From contig JASCQW010000190.1 of the NCBI GenBank assembly GCA_030264375.1, forward strand, positions 82,045,105 to 82,109,104: 64,000 bases of DNA, in the 5' to 3' direction. The first letter of the stretch is position 1. Every line of letters starts with the position of its first letter. The notes beneath the pieces were generated by a model, which was not told where the DNA came from, did no database searches, and was given only the letters and a program-made list of their open reading frames with translations. This DNA comes from Carcharhinus longimanus. Lineage: Eukaryota. This document shows positions 11,926-24,312 of the stretch, one piece after another. Both the position numbers and the translations under genes were made by a program.

Positions 11926-13452
11926 TTGGATGAAGAACCCAGCAAGAGATTTGAATTGTTCATCTTAAAACAGGTCCAGCTAAGCAAAGTGTCCCCAGTA
12001 GAGATAACTTCGCTGGTAAATGGCAAAGCACTCAGAATGGAGGTCGATACAGGGGCAACAGCCACAGTCATGGGAGAAGAGGGATTTTATTATCTTCAAA
12101 AAGGTTCATTAAATGAATCAAGTGCCATTTTGTCCACATATACTGGAGAGACACTGCAGACTTTAGATGCAGCAACAGTAACTGTGGCATAGCAGAACCA
12201 ACAGCAAGGCTGCCAGTCCTGATAATCAAGGGTCAGAGACCTTGTTTAATGGGCCTTGATCGGTTAAAACAAATATGGCTAAACTGGCTGGAAATATTAA
12301 ACCTGAGGGATGGAGTTTTCAGAAACTACTGTGTAAATATTCCAAGACAGAAACAAATTAGGATGTATAAGTGGAGCTAAAGCTATAATCTATCTGGATC
12401 AGGAAGCGAGGCCTAAATTTTTTCTGGCCTGTCCAGTGCCTTATGCCCATCATCAGAAGGTGGCAATCGAGCTCAAACCGCAGGAAGATTTAGGTATTAT
12501 AAAGCCTGTTCAATTCATCGAATGAGCTGCACTCATTGTACCCATTTTGGGATCAGATTGAACAATGAGAATTTGTGGCATTAATTGTCAGTACAGCAGC
12601 ACTGATAGACAGGTATACCATACCCAGAATTGAAGATCTCTCCACTAAAGTTTAAAGTTCATTTATTATTGTCACACTTAAGCTTAATTACAATTGCAAT
12701 GAAGTTACTGTGAAAATCCACCAATTGCCACACTCCGGCACCTGTTTGAGTACACTGAGGGAGCATGTAGCATGGCCAATGCATCTAACCAACACATCTT
12801 TCAGACTGTGGGAGGAAACACGAAGAAAACCCATGCAGACATGAGGAGAAAATACAGACATTGCACAGACAGTGACCCAAGTCAGGAATTGAACCCAGGC
12901 TCTTGGTGCTGTGGGGCAATAGTGCTAACCACTGTGTCATCGTGGCTAGCAGGTTTAGAATGTACTAACTTGCACTTTAGCTATGGTTATCAACAGCTGC
13001 AGTTGGATCAGGGCTTGCAAAGGCTGGTGACAATCAACATGCACAAGAGTTGCTTTTTGGAGTCTCATCAGCCTGTGCCATTTTCCAGCATACAATGGAG
13101 AGTCTCTTGCAAGGCATCCTAATGTGGTGGTCTACCTGAATGATGCACTAATCGTAGGCGCCTCACCTGAGGAGCACAGATCCAATCTAGAAGAAGTATT
13201 GAGATGGCTTAAGGAAGCAGCGATTAGGCTGAATTGGGAAAAATGCACATACCAATCAGAAAAAGTTACATACTTAGGATTCAGGGTCGATTTAAAAGGA
13301 TTTGGAAGAAGAGATAAAAGCCATTAAGGAGCCCCTACAGCCAAAAGATGCATCCAAGCTGAAATCATTTCTGGACATGGTAAACTATGATGGCAGATTT
13401 AAAGAACATTACTACCAGCTAAAGGCTGATAGTAAGACAACATGGCATTGGT
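11926..13452 (+). pseudogene. pol: Gypsy pol remnant (aspartic protease and reverse transcriptase)
   Basis: VNGKALRMEVDTGA protease; PVPYA..GIIKPVQF; FGVSSACAIFQ; VVYLND (degenerate YLDD); EKCTY..VTYLGF; LKSFLDMVNY. Multiple stops and frameshifts. Confidence 0.9.
12646..12943 (-). mobile_element. V-SINE type B inserted in Gypsy RT
   Basis: Full head-to-tail match to 3420-3716. RT reading resumes on both sides (..EDLSTK / LAG..). Confidence 0.9.
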
Positions 13453-13462
13453 TTAAAATAAT

Positions 13463-14390
13463 AGGGATGATTTTGAGCCTGTACTCTTCATCAGCAGGAA
13501 TGGCAGCAGGGCCTCATTCTGCGAGTTTCCTAGTTCCAATCTTACTGCTGGTGGTGTTGTCTGAAACAATCCATGGGATGACTGAAAGCTCATTTTAATA
13601 CATTAGCATGTTATTGACGAACATCCTGGATGTTGGGCCTGTGCAGTTTTCAGCTGATGCCGCTGTAGCCATTTAAACAGGTTGACACAAGTGTGAACCT
13701 GGCGCCTTCATCTCCGAGAGGGGTATCAGAGGTGAGCGCTCAGGCAGCCAGCACCCTCCGTCCTGTTGACTGCTCAGGGAGTCCGGAGAGGACTCGGGAG
13801 ACATGGATAGGTTCATCTTGGGGCTGGGGGGGTGGGGACACAGAATTGCCAGTTTGGAGAGAGGGGTTGGAAGGGGCTACTTACTGGCTTTCTCTACCCT
13901 TCATGTCGGGGCACCGCTTGCTTTAAAGGGGTTGTGAAAGCTGGTATCAAGCAGGACTGCTGGTCTCCTCCTTCCTTGTCTTCCTGTCCATATTGCAGTT
14001 GAGGGAATGCCCTTCCTTGGTGGGGACTGGCAAGAGGGAGGGATGCAGCACTGCCATTCTCACACTGCACAGGGATGAGGTGCTAAGTGAATGTGGTGTT
14101 CCCCCACGTTTGGCTGCACGAACAGATAGAATGGAGGCTCCATCGGTGAACACAATGAAATTTAATAACAAACACTCCGAACAGAATGGTGACCTTACTG
14201 CAGTGGTGCCTATATTCACCCATGCCTACTAAATGCCTACGGTTTCTTAATCTTCCTCATTCTATCCACACCCACACCAAAACCAGAGAACCTGCCCATG
14301 GTTAATGCCCCGTTCCATGGATCCCCCCACCACCACCCCCCTCCGCTCACTACGATTCCCGTGGCAGGTGGGACAGGAAAATTCCCCCCT
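13463..14390. mobile_element. Non-autonomous DNA transposon (MITE-like)
   Basis: Imperfect termini GGGATGATTTT / GGAAAATTCCCCC. Truncates the Gypsy pol. Confidence 0.45.
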
Positions 14391-15568
14391 ATGTCTAGGC
14401 ATCTCCCTGGGATCTGCAGTTGAGGTTAAGGCAGTCTGCTGACTTTTGCCTGAGATAACTTGAGCGGGGAGGAGGGAGGGGTGGGGTGCTGGGATCTCGA
14501 GGGCCCAAGCCAGTTAATTGGCAGTGCGGATGTTGGACAGCTGTCAGGGACTGGAGGCATGTTGCTTACAAGGGAGGGGGTGTCAGCTGGGCTGGAGATG
14601 CCCAGAGTCCTCTGGCTGGAGGGACCAAGCTGTACTTCTGTCGATCCTCTTCCCTTCAGGTTTCCAGGGCTCCTGTGCTCCTCAATGAGAGGAAGGGGCA
14701 GCTGGAATGAGATCCAGGAGCCCTGCTGTCCTCTGGCACTGACATTTGTGGATTCTTACTAGTCCTGCACCATGCAGTGGAAGCCCTGTGGATATCTCCT
14801 GCCATGAAGTGAATGTCTCCACTGAAGACCAAGTAGTGTTGGCCTTGGTGTGCTGCAGTGATGGTGAGAAGGTGGTACTCCTCCAGTTGGTCTTGTGCTC
14901 TGAGGAAGGTTGCTGTCATCCCTTCCTCATACGCATGACTCTGCAGTTGTGGGATGACTGGGCCAGAGGCACAGCAGAATCCTGGGCTCCAGCATCACTC
15001 CAAGTGCCAGACCCCTGGGATGTTCCTTCCTATGTCTGCTGTGGATTTTTAGCTGTGTGGTGTTAACCAGTGAGTGACCCAGATGCCTGCCTACACGTTG
15101 GACCCACTGAGGTCTTAACATCTGCACTGGTGCTTTTGTAATGTACCCTGCCACTGCATCCCAGGTGGGGGTGGTCACTCTGATGGAAAGCCATCTCCTA
15201 TTGTGTGGGTATAGACTTTCCCACCTCTGTGCCACTCTGTCTAGCAGCCTGGTCAGTGTCCTCTCCATGAAGTGCGGTGCTGGCTTCTTGGCTGCCATCC
15301 CCTGCAATTGTTGTGGAACAAAAGCTGGAGAGCACCCGGAGAGCCGTTCATATGGAGCTCCCAGTGCCTGCAGTAATTAAGTTGTTACACAGTGGGTGAA
15401 TCAGAGGGAACACACTATTGGTGCAGCATGAAACTCGTGGGAATAGGAATTAATATTAATGATCCACAAGATTTAGCCCAAAAAACACGCTGGCACCTTC
15501 AGCGTAAAACATTCCATTTTTCACGCTGCACCCAACACTCTGCCATATTTTGACAAGATATACCCCAT
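14391..15568 (-). mobile_element. PIF/Harbinger transposon fragment carrying a Myb/SANT-like ORF2 remnant
   Basis: MAAKKPAPHFMERTLTRLLDRVAQRWESLYP..TTPTWDAVA (about 15146-15298) matches the Harbinger-associated Myb/SANT N-terminus. Homologous to 50495-50725. Confidence 0.7.
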
Positions 15569-15699
15569 AAAAGAAATGTTTGGGACTGATGCCACTGAGA
15601 GTGATGAATGAACTAAAGGAACTGCTGGGCAGAGGAAGGGAAGGGGAAGTATTATACATATTATATATTATAAATTAATGTATATATTATATATTCAAT

Positions 15700-15975
15700 T
15701 ACCGGCTTGAGTCATTGTTTGTGTGGAGTTTGTGCGCTCTCCCCGTGTTTGCATGGGTTTCCTCTGGGTGCTCTGGTTTCCTCCCACAGCCCAAAAGTGT
15801 GTGGGTTAGATTGATTGGCCGTGCTAAATTGCCCCTTTGTGTTAGGGGGATGTGAGGGAGATTAGTCGGGTAAATATGTGGGATTATAGGGAAAGGGCTG
15901 GGTGGGATTGCATTCAGTGCAGGCTCGAGAGGCCAAATGGTCTCTTTCTGTACTGTAGTGATTCTATGATTCTGT
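15700..15975 (+). mobile_element. HE1-type V-SINE type A, 5' truncated
   Basis: TGTGTGGAGTTTG..GGGTTTCCTCTGGGTGCTCTGGTTTCCTCCCACAG core and ATTCTATGATTCT tail. Confidence 0.9.
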
Positions 15976-16449
15976 GAAAGCAGTGNNNNNNNNNNNNNNN
16001 NNNNNNNNNNNNNNNNNNNNNNNNNNNNNNNNNNNNNNNNNNNNNNNNNNNNNNNNNNNNNNNNNNNNNNNNNNNNNNNNNNNNNTAGGGAGTCTATGAT
16101 TCTGTGAAAGCAGTGGGATGTTTTCATGTCTATGGGGATATGTCATTCTGGGTGGATGGGCTGATTGGCCTTCCTCGTCTATTTGACATTTAAATGAGAT
16201 TGAGTCAATGGAAAGAAGAATGGACAGGGTGCATAACAGGCAGTAATGATTTGACCTATTTTAAGGCCCTGCTGAAGTTGGAAGTTACAGCTATAATGTG
16301 CTTTCTCTAGTCATCTTCCTCAAACAGGTGCACTGACGCACTCTCTGAACAATTCTTACATAAATCAATCTTCTGACTGCATCTATCTTGAAAGGTAAAA
16401 TGGCTCAATGGAAACACATAAATAAGATACAGAAAGGTGAGTTTAGACT

Positions 16450-16550
16450 TTTAACGAAAGGCCTTTGGCCTGAAATGTTAACTGTTTCCCTCTCTGCAGA
16501 CACTACCAGACCTGCTGAGTATTTCCAGAATATTCTGTTTTCATTACAGA
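16450..16550 (+). mobile_element. Penelope-like pLTR fragment with decayed hammerhead
   Basis: TTAACGAAAGGCCTTTGGCCTGAAATGTTAACTG..CAGACCTGCTGAGTATTTCCAG. Same family as 8057-8393. Confidence 0.7.
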
Positions 16551-16634
16551 AATAGGATGTGCCTGGCTAAACAAAACAAGAAAAGGAAGATTCAGGGGGG
16601 AACAAAAGAAAATGAATATAAAATTGACAAGACC

Positions 16635-16770
16635 TAACCACGGATAGAGGTTTAAAGCAAATCTTTTTCACCAGAGAGTAGAGGATCAGTGATACAGATT
16701 CCCGTCAAAAGCAATTAAATTAACGTTTAAAAAGGAGCTAGATGACAGGTTTGAAGCTTGTAAGGATAAG
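16635..16770 (+). mobile_element. Old CR1 LINE ORF2 end fragment
   Basis: TTTTTCACCAGAGAGTAG..TTTAAAAAGGAGCTAGAT corresponds to the FFTQRV..FKKELD region. Confidence 0.45.
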
Positions 16771-16994
16771 CACAGATGATTGTCTACTCAATGGAACATT
16801 ATATTGCTGTCACACTGGAACCACAGTAATGGCATCAGTAGAATACTCCAGTCAGGATTAAATAATTTGGATTGGAATGTTAGATATTTTGAAGCTTTTG
16901 CTCAATTTGTCTGCAGGGGATCAGGGGAAATTTTCCAAGTTCTATCTTGGAAACCCTCAGCTCTAATTATTCAGTGGAGTTGAGGAGAGACAGT

Positions 16995-17687
16995 GGGCGA
17001 CATTTTACAGGGGTGCAGACAGCTTGTCCACCCCCTCCCTCCCTGGAAGCCGAGTCAGTTTGTAGCCAATACGCTGGAAAGAAACCTACTTCGTAGTTCT
17101 AATTTGCTGAAGTCAGGCTAAACTAGCTGAGAGTGGGCCTTCTGCCCCTCAGTGAGAGTGGGCCTTCTGCCCCTCAGTGAGAGGAAATCCCCTCAGCTGG
17201 AGGAAGCCCCACCATTGCCAGCTTCCGGCCAATCTGATTGGTCGGCAGCTCAAGTAGGCCAAGCAGTGACGGAGCTCAACAGTGGATGCCACTGGCACAG
17301 CAGGAAGGTGTACCTATATTGCGATGGCATTTCATTTCATTCATTTGCAGGAATTTTGGGATTTGGAGTAGGTGGATGGAGGTGGAGTGGTGGTGGGTGT
17401 GGTGGGGTAGTCCAGGTTTTGGAGACCAACCAGTGAGGAAANNNNNNNNNNNNNNNNNNNNNNNNNNNNNNNNNNNNNNNNNNNNNNNNNNNNNNNNNNN
17501 NNNNNNNNNNNNNNNNNNNNNNNNNNNNNNNNNNNNNNNNNGGATGAAAGATGGGGACGGACTTGGTGGGTAGGTGGGGTTGGGGGCAGCAGCTGGGGTG
17601 GGGGAGCAAGGGATGTTAGGATCCAGGTTTTAAAGACCAGGAAGTGAGGATGGAAGTGGGCTTACATCTTGGGTGTTGTGTGTGTGT

Positions 17688-17718
<31 letters not shown>

Positions 17719-17860
17719 GTGGGGTTGGGAGGGTGGTGGTGGAGGTTTCTCCCAGTCCACCAGGGGCACTCTCTCTGAATGAGGGGCCCCCTTTCCTTCC
17801 TGCCATTTTTCATCTATAGCACAAAATATAGGCTGCCTGCTCTCACCCACTTGCCCGTAC
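16995..17860. mobile_element. MITE-like element with G-rich interior
   Basis: Starts GGGCGACATTTTAC. Contains a GCCAATCTGATTGG palindromic core, which recurs at ~61340. Confidence 0.4.
17677..17719. repeat. (TG)n microsatellite followed by poly-G
   Basis: Seen directly. Confidence 0.95.
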
Positions 17861-17874
17861 CTTCATAACAAGTG

Positions 17875-18264
17875 CACGGTGGCACAATGATTAGCACCAT
17901 TGCCTCACAACATCCGAGACCTGTGTTCGATTCTGGCCTTGGTTGACTGTCTGTGTGGAGCTTGTATGTTTCCCCCGTGCCTGTGTGGGTTTCCTCTGGG
18001 TGTTCCAGTTTTTTCCCATAGGCCAAAGATATGTGGGTTAGGTTGATTGGCCATGCTAAATTGCCCCTTATTGTCCCAAAATGTGTAGGTTAGGAGGTAG
18101 TGGGGTAAACACTTGGGGTTACAGGGAACAGGACAGAGTGGCATTGCCCCTTAGTGTCAAGGGGATTTTATGGGGCAACAAGGATAGGGCCTGGATGGCA
18201 TTTTTGTCAGTGCAGGCCCTATAGGCCAAATGGCCTCCTTCTGCACTGTAGGGTTCTATGATTT
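17875..18264 (+). mobile_element. HE1-type V-SINE type A, full length
   Basis: GCACGGTGGCACAATGATTAGCAC head, B box GTTCGATTC, V-domain, and tail GGCCAAATGGCCTCCTTCTGCACTGTAGGGTTCTATG. Confidence 0.9.
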
Positions 18265-18602
18265 TAATTGATATTTGATTATTTATTTAAATATGGAGTT
18301 TGGTGACCACCCACCTAATGTATTTTGGGGTCAGGTGGGGGTCAACCTGAGGGCCGAGGCGAGCGACCTGATCTATTTTGTGTGATTTCCCCCTCCTCCT
18401 GCTACAAACACGATTGGCAGGAGTGGGATGGGGTACAATGTCCAGTCCAGTGACAATGTAAATTGCAAATTGCACATCATGAGGTCAATTTGTGGAAGTG
18501 CCCAGGGATGACTTGAAGGGATTAGCACCCACTCAAGATAAGGAGCATTGACCCACTTGCATTTCTGGGTTACTTCAGTGGAATAGCTGTAACTGTGTGT
18601 TG

Positions 18603-18730
18603 AAATGCTAATCCAGGGCTCCATCTCCCCTCTTAACAGGATGTAAAAGATCCCACAACACCATTTGATGAGTTGTTATGCTGGCTAATATTTAACCCTT
18701 AATCATCCTGAGGAAAACATATCGGGGTAA
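18603..18730 (+). mobile_element. Deu-type SINE central fragment
   Basis: GGATGTAAAAGATCCCACAACACCATTT..CTGGCTAATATTTAACCCT Deu-domain. Confidence 0.6.
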
Positions 18731-21700
18731 AAATGTGCTTGGGTCCAGACGCGATGCTGGGCACCCACATCAAAAGCAGGAAGTCCAAGAGTTGACAGAG
18801 GATCAACAGGAATTGACGCTTAGTCTGCATTTGCAGTTTCAGGGCAAACTGCCAGTGCTGTTAACACATCTGTATTAATCCAGCACCATCTGCCTTGCTG
18901 GCAGGACCCCTTGAGTAATGAATTTGAACAGGTTATGTGGAGGTGATAAGGATGGGAAATTGTTATACCGCTGGAGTTAGGCTCTTGTTCGTAATGGTTT
19001 AAGAGCATAAGCATTTTGTAAATACCTTCTTTCCATTGTGATTCCTGAACAAGGAAGGCACAAACTAATTTATTTAATATGTCCTCGTATTTAAATATCA
19101 TGAGAAAAGTTCCCACTAGAATTTGTGAGGTTCTAAAATCACCAGTGATTTACCTGTAACACAAATGAGCAATGGCATTGCATTTTGCCCATGTTCTGGT
19201 GTTCATCATGCCCCATCTTCACTTATTAATGGATGTAAATATCTAAAATCAGCCCTTATATGTTGGAAGGAGGAAACTTGGTGACCTATGCCCACTGCAT
19301 TATTTGGCTTGACTTCAAAGCCAAACCATAGTTTGAGAAAAAAGAACACCATAATATCTAAAATGATAAAAGTAAAACAAATGTACAACTGTGACCAAGC
19401 AACTTAACCTTATTTGATCCCATTGTAAGTCAACACACTTACGTTTGCACATTGTACCATATTTATTTTATCAGTTTTTTTTAACACTTTCTAACACACA
19501 TTGGGACGAAGGAACAAAAGAGAATCTGGCCATCCGATTGTCCAAAACAGAAGAAGGCAAGCAACAGTTACAGTTGGCCAAATGCTTTCCAGTTCTTTTC
19601 CATTGTATAAAACTCATATGATCACAAATGCCTTCTCACTTATGCTGCCTGTAAAGAATTCCCGCTCCCTAATTATCCATATTTCATTGCTTAGCTGATG
19701 AATTATAAATACTCTGTGCAATGCTAGACTTCATCTAGACATAGCAAAATGTTTTGCAATGAGTTTTATGTCAAATGTTTATTTTTGCTATGTGCTTCTG
19801 TTGGCTTTTATTGGATTGAGTCTCTGATGAATTGCAAAGGTTATAATGTAACTGATTTGGGGTGTGAACTTGATGGTGTTTAGGGGCAGATCCTGTGGGA
19901 ACTGATGGTTAATGCTAATAATTTGAACCTGGAAACCCAGGCAGTTTGAAGTCATATCAGGTAGTGTGCAGTTTGGTTGTGCTCTTCCTGACCTGGACCA
20001 GGAATCAATGCTGGTCTGAGTTTATGTACATCCGAGGTGGCGGTGACTGCTGCTTTTGTGAAGCAGAAAATGTGATTTAAAAAAATGGATGATTTATCAA
20101 ATGTCCAAGCGAGTATTGGGGTTTCTGCCTACCAGGAGTGCATATCAGGAAATTGCATGTGCATTTCTCATGATTTTCCACCAAATCATTTAGAATGGTT
20201 TATATGAGTCACACCCATGATTTTCCAATATGCATTCCTGTCGGGCTAGGCTACCTGCCAGGAGCACATATTTATAAAAACGACCATTATAATTTACGGA
20301 TCACATGAACAATCTGTCTTTCCAACATATTTGAGTAAAAGTGCAATCCCTTCAATGACAGACTTCCTGGAGTTTGGTTGCATTGTCCAGTGACACAATA
20401 AGGTGTTGGTTCCTTTCCCTTGGGTATTGCATAGCAACAGTGTGCACAAGGATTAGAGCCAGAACCAGCTTCAGAATCTCAAAAAAGAATTGAAGCTAGC
20501 AGAGTGATAGTATAACTGTAGTTTTTGCATTCCCATCTTGTCAAGTGCAGTATGTTTGCATCTTTCCTTCCAAGGGTGTGCTATTCATTTTTGCTGTTGA
20601 TGTCACGAAAGCTGCCTCCTTCTTACCCAATTTTATGGGTACATTAGATCCTGCTGTTTTTGCAATGATTGTCCAAAAGCATGTTTTATTCATCCTTTCT
20701 CTGCCAGAGAGGAACCCCACAGACACTCGGAGAGCATTACATACCTCGTGGTGCCTCTGCCTGATCGTTTTCAAATTTCTTCCCAGCAAGGGACTGGCTC
20801 ATGGGGAGCCAGTGAGGGGGAAAAAAAGGCAGAAGAGCGTTTTCAGGGACAAACCCATGAAACAATTCATTTCCTTTGCATGAAATGGTCATCTGCAAGA
20901 ACAATCTGTGGATTGAGAAGGACTAAATTATTCGTGCAGAATGGCAGAAGAATTCCTTCGAGACATTATCCTCAAAGTGCTCCGAGAGGCTGTAACTTGA
21001 GATTTTCTACTATGGTTGGAAATATTTACNNNNNNNNNNNNNNNNNNNNNNNNNNNNNNNNNNNNNNNNNNNNNNNNNNNNNNNNNNNNNNNNNNNNNNN
21101 NNNNNNNNNNNNNNNNNNNNNNNNNNNCTCAGCAACTCAGTGGGGGTGGGGGTGGGGGGTGGAGGGTTGGGGGAGAGGGGGTGGGTTGAGTTACTTTCCA
21201 GCTTTGGTGAATCTGCAAAACAAAGCAACACACCAATTTGTGGGGAATCTCTGCCTCTACATTTCTATCCTTTGTCCCTGACCCTTCATTCTCCTTCATT
21301 CTCCTGGTTCCTTGTTATGTACTTGGGGACCCCTGTTTAGCTCATAATAATAATCACAAGTTTATGTTTTAATGGAAAAACAGATGGAATTGCAACACTG
21401 TGATCCCCCAAACCCCAGAATCATGGAAATAAAAAAGAATACTGGGCTAAACCTTGCTCGAGTGAGGCATCTTGTGTCATGAGACTTTATTTGCACACTT
21501 TAGCTTGAACATATTTAGAACATACTGGATGACAGCTGACAGTGCAATGAAGGCAAAAATGGTCCATCTGGAAGCTAAGTGAACAACATTCCTTAACCAA
21601 TGAGGTTTTAGGTTTTAAGAGACAAGAATGATAGCTAAGGAAAAAGAGTGAGTTGTAACAGCAATGACCTCAGGCATTCATGTAGCATTCCCAATGTGGT

Positions 21701-22139
21701 GATAATCACTGTGGCCAAGTGTTCATCTCAAGGTGGCATAAGATGGCAAGCAGTCTGTTTCAGCCCATACGGTTGCCAGAAGTGGATTGGGGTCGGTGGC
21801 AGAACCAGAATTAGGGATAGATCAGGTGCAGAAGAATAAGATAAAGAGGGAAAAAATTAGATTAAGAGAGTGATAAAAAAGGAGACAGAAAGAAAAAGTA
21901 AGAAGAATATTTAAAATTTGAAAATCTCCAACTAGAATTTATTACCTGCAGGAAAGAGATTCACCAGCTTAAATTGTTTTGACCCAGAATTTCCTTCCCC
22001 AATTGAAGGCATCACAATTTCTGACAGAATCTGAAATCTGGAAGTTGCGCTCTGCCTGAATGGACTCCAAAGGAAGCCACATCGATTCTTCCGTTCAAAA
22101 TGATTGGTGCTAATAATCACAGGTGTAGATAAAGGAATC

Positions 22140-22370
22140 AACCCAAATGCCTATGGCACCATCCACAAAAAAGACAAACGATTGCTAATTGCTTGACTGG
22201 GCCATAAAATTCCCCTCAATATGTGGGTTTATCTGATGCCTTTGAATTTTTTCCAATAATCTTCCCACCACTGAGGTTATCCTGAGTGATCTGTAATGCT
22301 TTGGTATTTTCCTTTCTTTCTTTTTAAACAATAGTGTGGAAATAATGGGTTCCCAAATGCTGACAACTAG
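22140..22370 (-). mobile_element. CR1 LINE RT fragment
   Basis: LLFKKKERKIPKHYRSLRITSVVGRLLEKI, cf. CR1 PLFKKG..PGNYRPVSLTSVVGKLLEKI. Confidence 0.75.
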
Positions 22371-22472
22371 AACCTGTCGCAAACAATAGATTATTCACTT
22401 GTTGAGTAGCTAATTCATGCTTATGCTTTATCTGTACTCCTGGGGAGAACTCACACAGTCCCAACACATGAC

Positions 22473-23310
22473 GGGGCTGATTTTACCATTGCTCATTTTC
22501 AGGTGCAAAAACTTTTAACATCGGATGTGAGGTGAGTAGCTTGATCTGTGCCCACTTTCGCACTGGTTCTGCTTTTACCAATGCCTGAAAATGGCCATGA
22601 TTGGGATCATGCCCGAAATGGGCACAATGGCAATTTAAATGCATTTGCATGCATTTAAATTGGCTTAATAGCCTGGACGCCCAACTTTACTGGCACTTCC
22701 CCCTTTACCATTGCGTTTACCCATGTAGAATTGGCGCGAAACAGACGTGCTCCGTAAGATCCAATTCAGGCACTCCAGTTAGTGAGGAGGTAAGTGCTAA
22801 GCATCCAACAGCTCTCTGCTTGGGATCGGTTGGGGCAGGGTGGGGAGGAAGGGGCGTCCACTGACACTCTGCCTGAGATTGGTGGGGGGGAAAGGGGGGG
22901 GTCACTGCCACTCAGCCTGAGATCAGAGAGGGGGAAAGGAGGGGTCCATTGCCCATGTCTGAAATTGGTGGAAGGGAAGGGGGATTCNNNNNNNNNNNNN
23001 NNNNNNNNNNNNNNNNNNNNNNNNNNNNNNNNNNNNNNNNNNNNNNNNNNNNNNNNNNNNNNNNNNNNNNNNNNNNNNNNNNNNNNNNNNNNNNNNNNNN
23101 NNNNNNNNNNNNNNNNNNNNNNNNNNNNNNNNNNNNNNNNNNNNNNNNNNNNNNNNNNNNNNNNNNNNNNNNNNNNNNNNNNNNNNNNNAGTTGGGCCAA
23201 TGTCTGTGGGGGCCAGGGGGAGGCATTAGCCGGCCTGAGAGGAATGTGGCAGGGGAGCATGCGCAATGGAGGTGCCAATCGTAGCTGCAGGATTTAGGTG
23301 CATAGCCCAT
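22473..23310. mobile_element. MITE-like DNA transposon (gap inside)
   Basis: Starts GGGGCTGATTTTACC. Internal palindrome ATTTAAATGCATTTGCATGCATTTAAAT and a G-rich interior. Confidence 0.5.
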
Positions 23311-23519
23311 TGTGTCTCCTTCCCCCCAATCCCTTTCCTTGTGTAAAGGTGAGGGGGACAATTCTCCCAAAAAAATGCTAAGTGTCGAATTCCTTTATCA
23401 ACCCTGTACTCAATGAAGCTACATTGAAGTATGTACCACCATTCACTGAACAACCCCTATTTTTTAATCTTTGTTTTCTCTGCTTTCCAATATTCACTTA
23501 CTCACATCTTAAATGCACT

Positions 23520-23845
23520 AATATTTCATAGAGGCATTGCACATTAAGCACAAGTAGTGAAAAAATGGGGACTGAGCCCAGGTGATTAAAAATATGGATT
23601 TTGAGGAGATTTTTGAAGGTAGGGAGACATGTAGCAAGGTAATATTTAGAAAGAAAGTTCAAGAATGTGCAATGGATAAGCCACTGCTTTGCTGAAGGGC
23701 TGAAAGAATGGGAAGGCTAGGAGTAGTCTGCAGCTTTGAGGAACAGAAAGGTTCAGCTGGGAATAGTGCAAGAAGATGATATAGAGATGAGGTAGAGAAA
23801 GGGCATGGACTAATTTGCAAGTGAGGACAAATGTATAACGTGAAA
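23520..23845 (-). mobile_element. L2 LINE 3' fragment
   Basis: Minus-strand FVLTCKLVHALSLPHL resembles the L2 ORF2 end. The plus strand is purine-rich. Confidence 0.55.
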
Positions 23846-24017
23846 AAACATACTTCATTCCTTTTATTACTGGGAGGGGGTTGTAAACTTCCTAGAAAGG
23901 TAACAAGTCTTCAGTGGTTATTTTGTCCAGTGTCCTGCTCACAAGAGCTATCAAATTTTCTTTTGAATTATTAAGTGACCTATTTCAGAAGCACAGTGAT
24001 CATAATACGCATGACAG

Positions 24018-24238
24018 GGGGTATTGTCACTGGACTAGTAACCTGGTAATACCCTGGAGACCACAGTTTGAATAGTGAAATTTTAATTTAGTAAAAACGT
24101 GGGATTAAAAGTCTAATGATGACCATGAAATCAATGTTGTTAAAAAAAAACCTTATCTAGCTCACTAATGTCCAGTTCAAGGGATAAATGCTGACCCTGT
24201 CAGCAATGCCCAGATCCCATGAATTAATTAAAAAAAAG
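24018..24238 (+). mobile_element. tRNA-derived SINE with CR1-group family B tail, internally deleted
   Basis: GGTATTGTCACTGGACTAGTAA head, AAAAGTCTAATGATGACCATGAAA, ATAAATGCTG..ATCCCATGAATT plus A-tail. Confidence 0.7.
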
Positions 24239-24312
24239 AGCCTTGGTATTTCTGTAGGTTTACAAATGTTACCAGAAGTAAACTTAGAGTAAAATTTGAA
24301 AACAATATATAG

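Larger units (their letters stand above)
9612..13452 (+). mobile_element. Ty3/Gypsy LTR retrotransposon fossil (5' LTR, PBS, gag, PR, RT), 3' truncated and interrupted
   Basis: LTR, PBS, gag, DTG protease and RT motifs occur in the expected order. Interrupted by a Rex1 LINE and a SINE. Confidence 0.9.

Noticed and set aside
21540-21560. miR-130-like seed CAGTGCAATGA
   Set aside because: The 3' half does not match and no precursor hairpin is visible.
20748-23370. Long ORFs spanning N-runs
   Set aside because: Their length is inflated by X residues, and the flanks show no homology.
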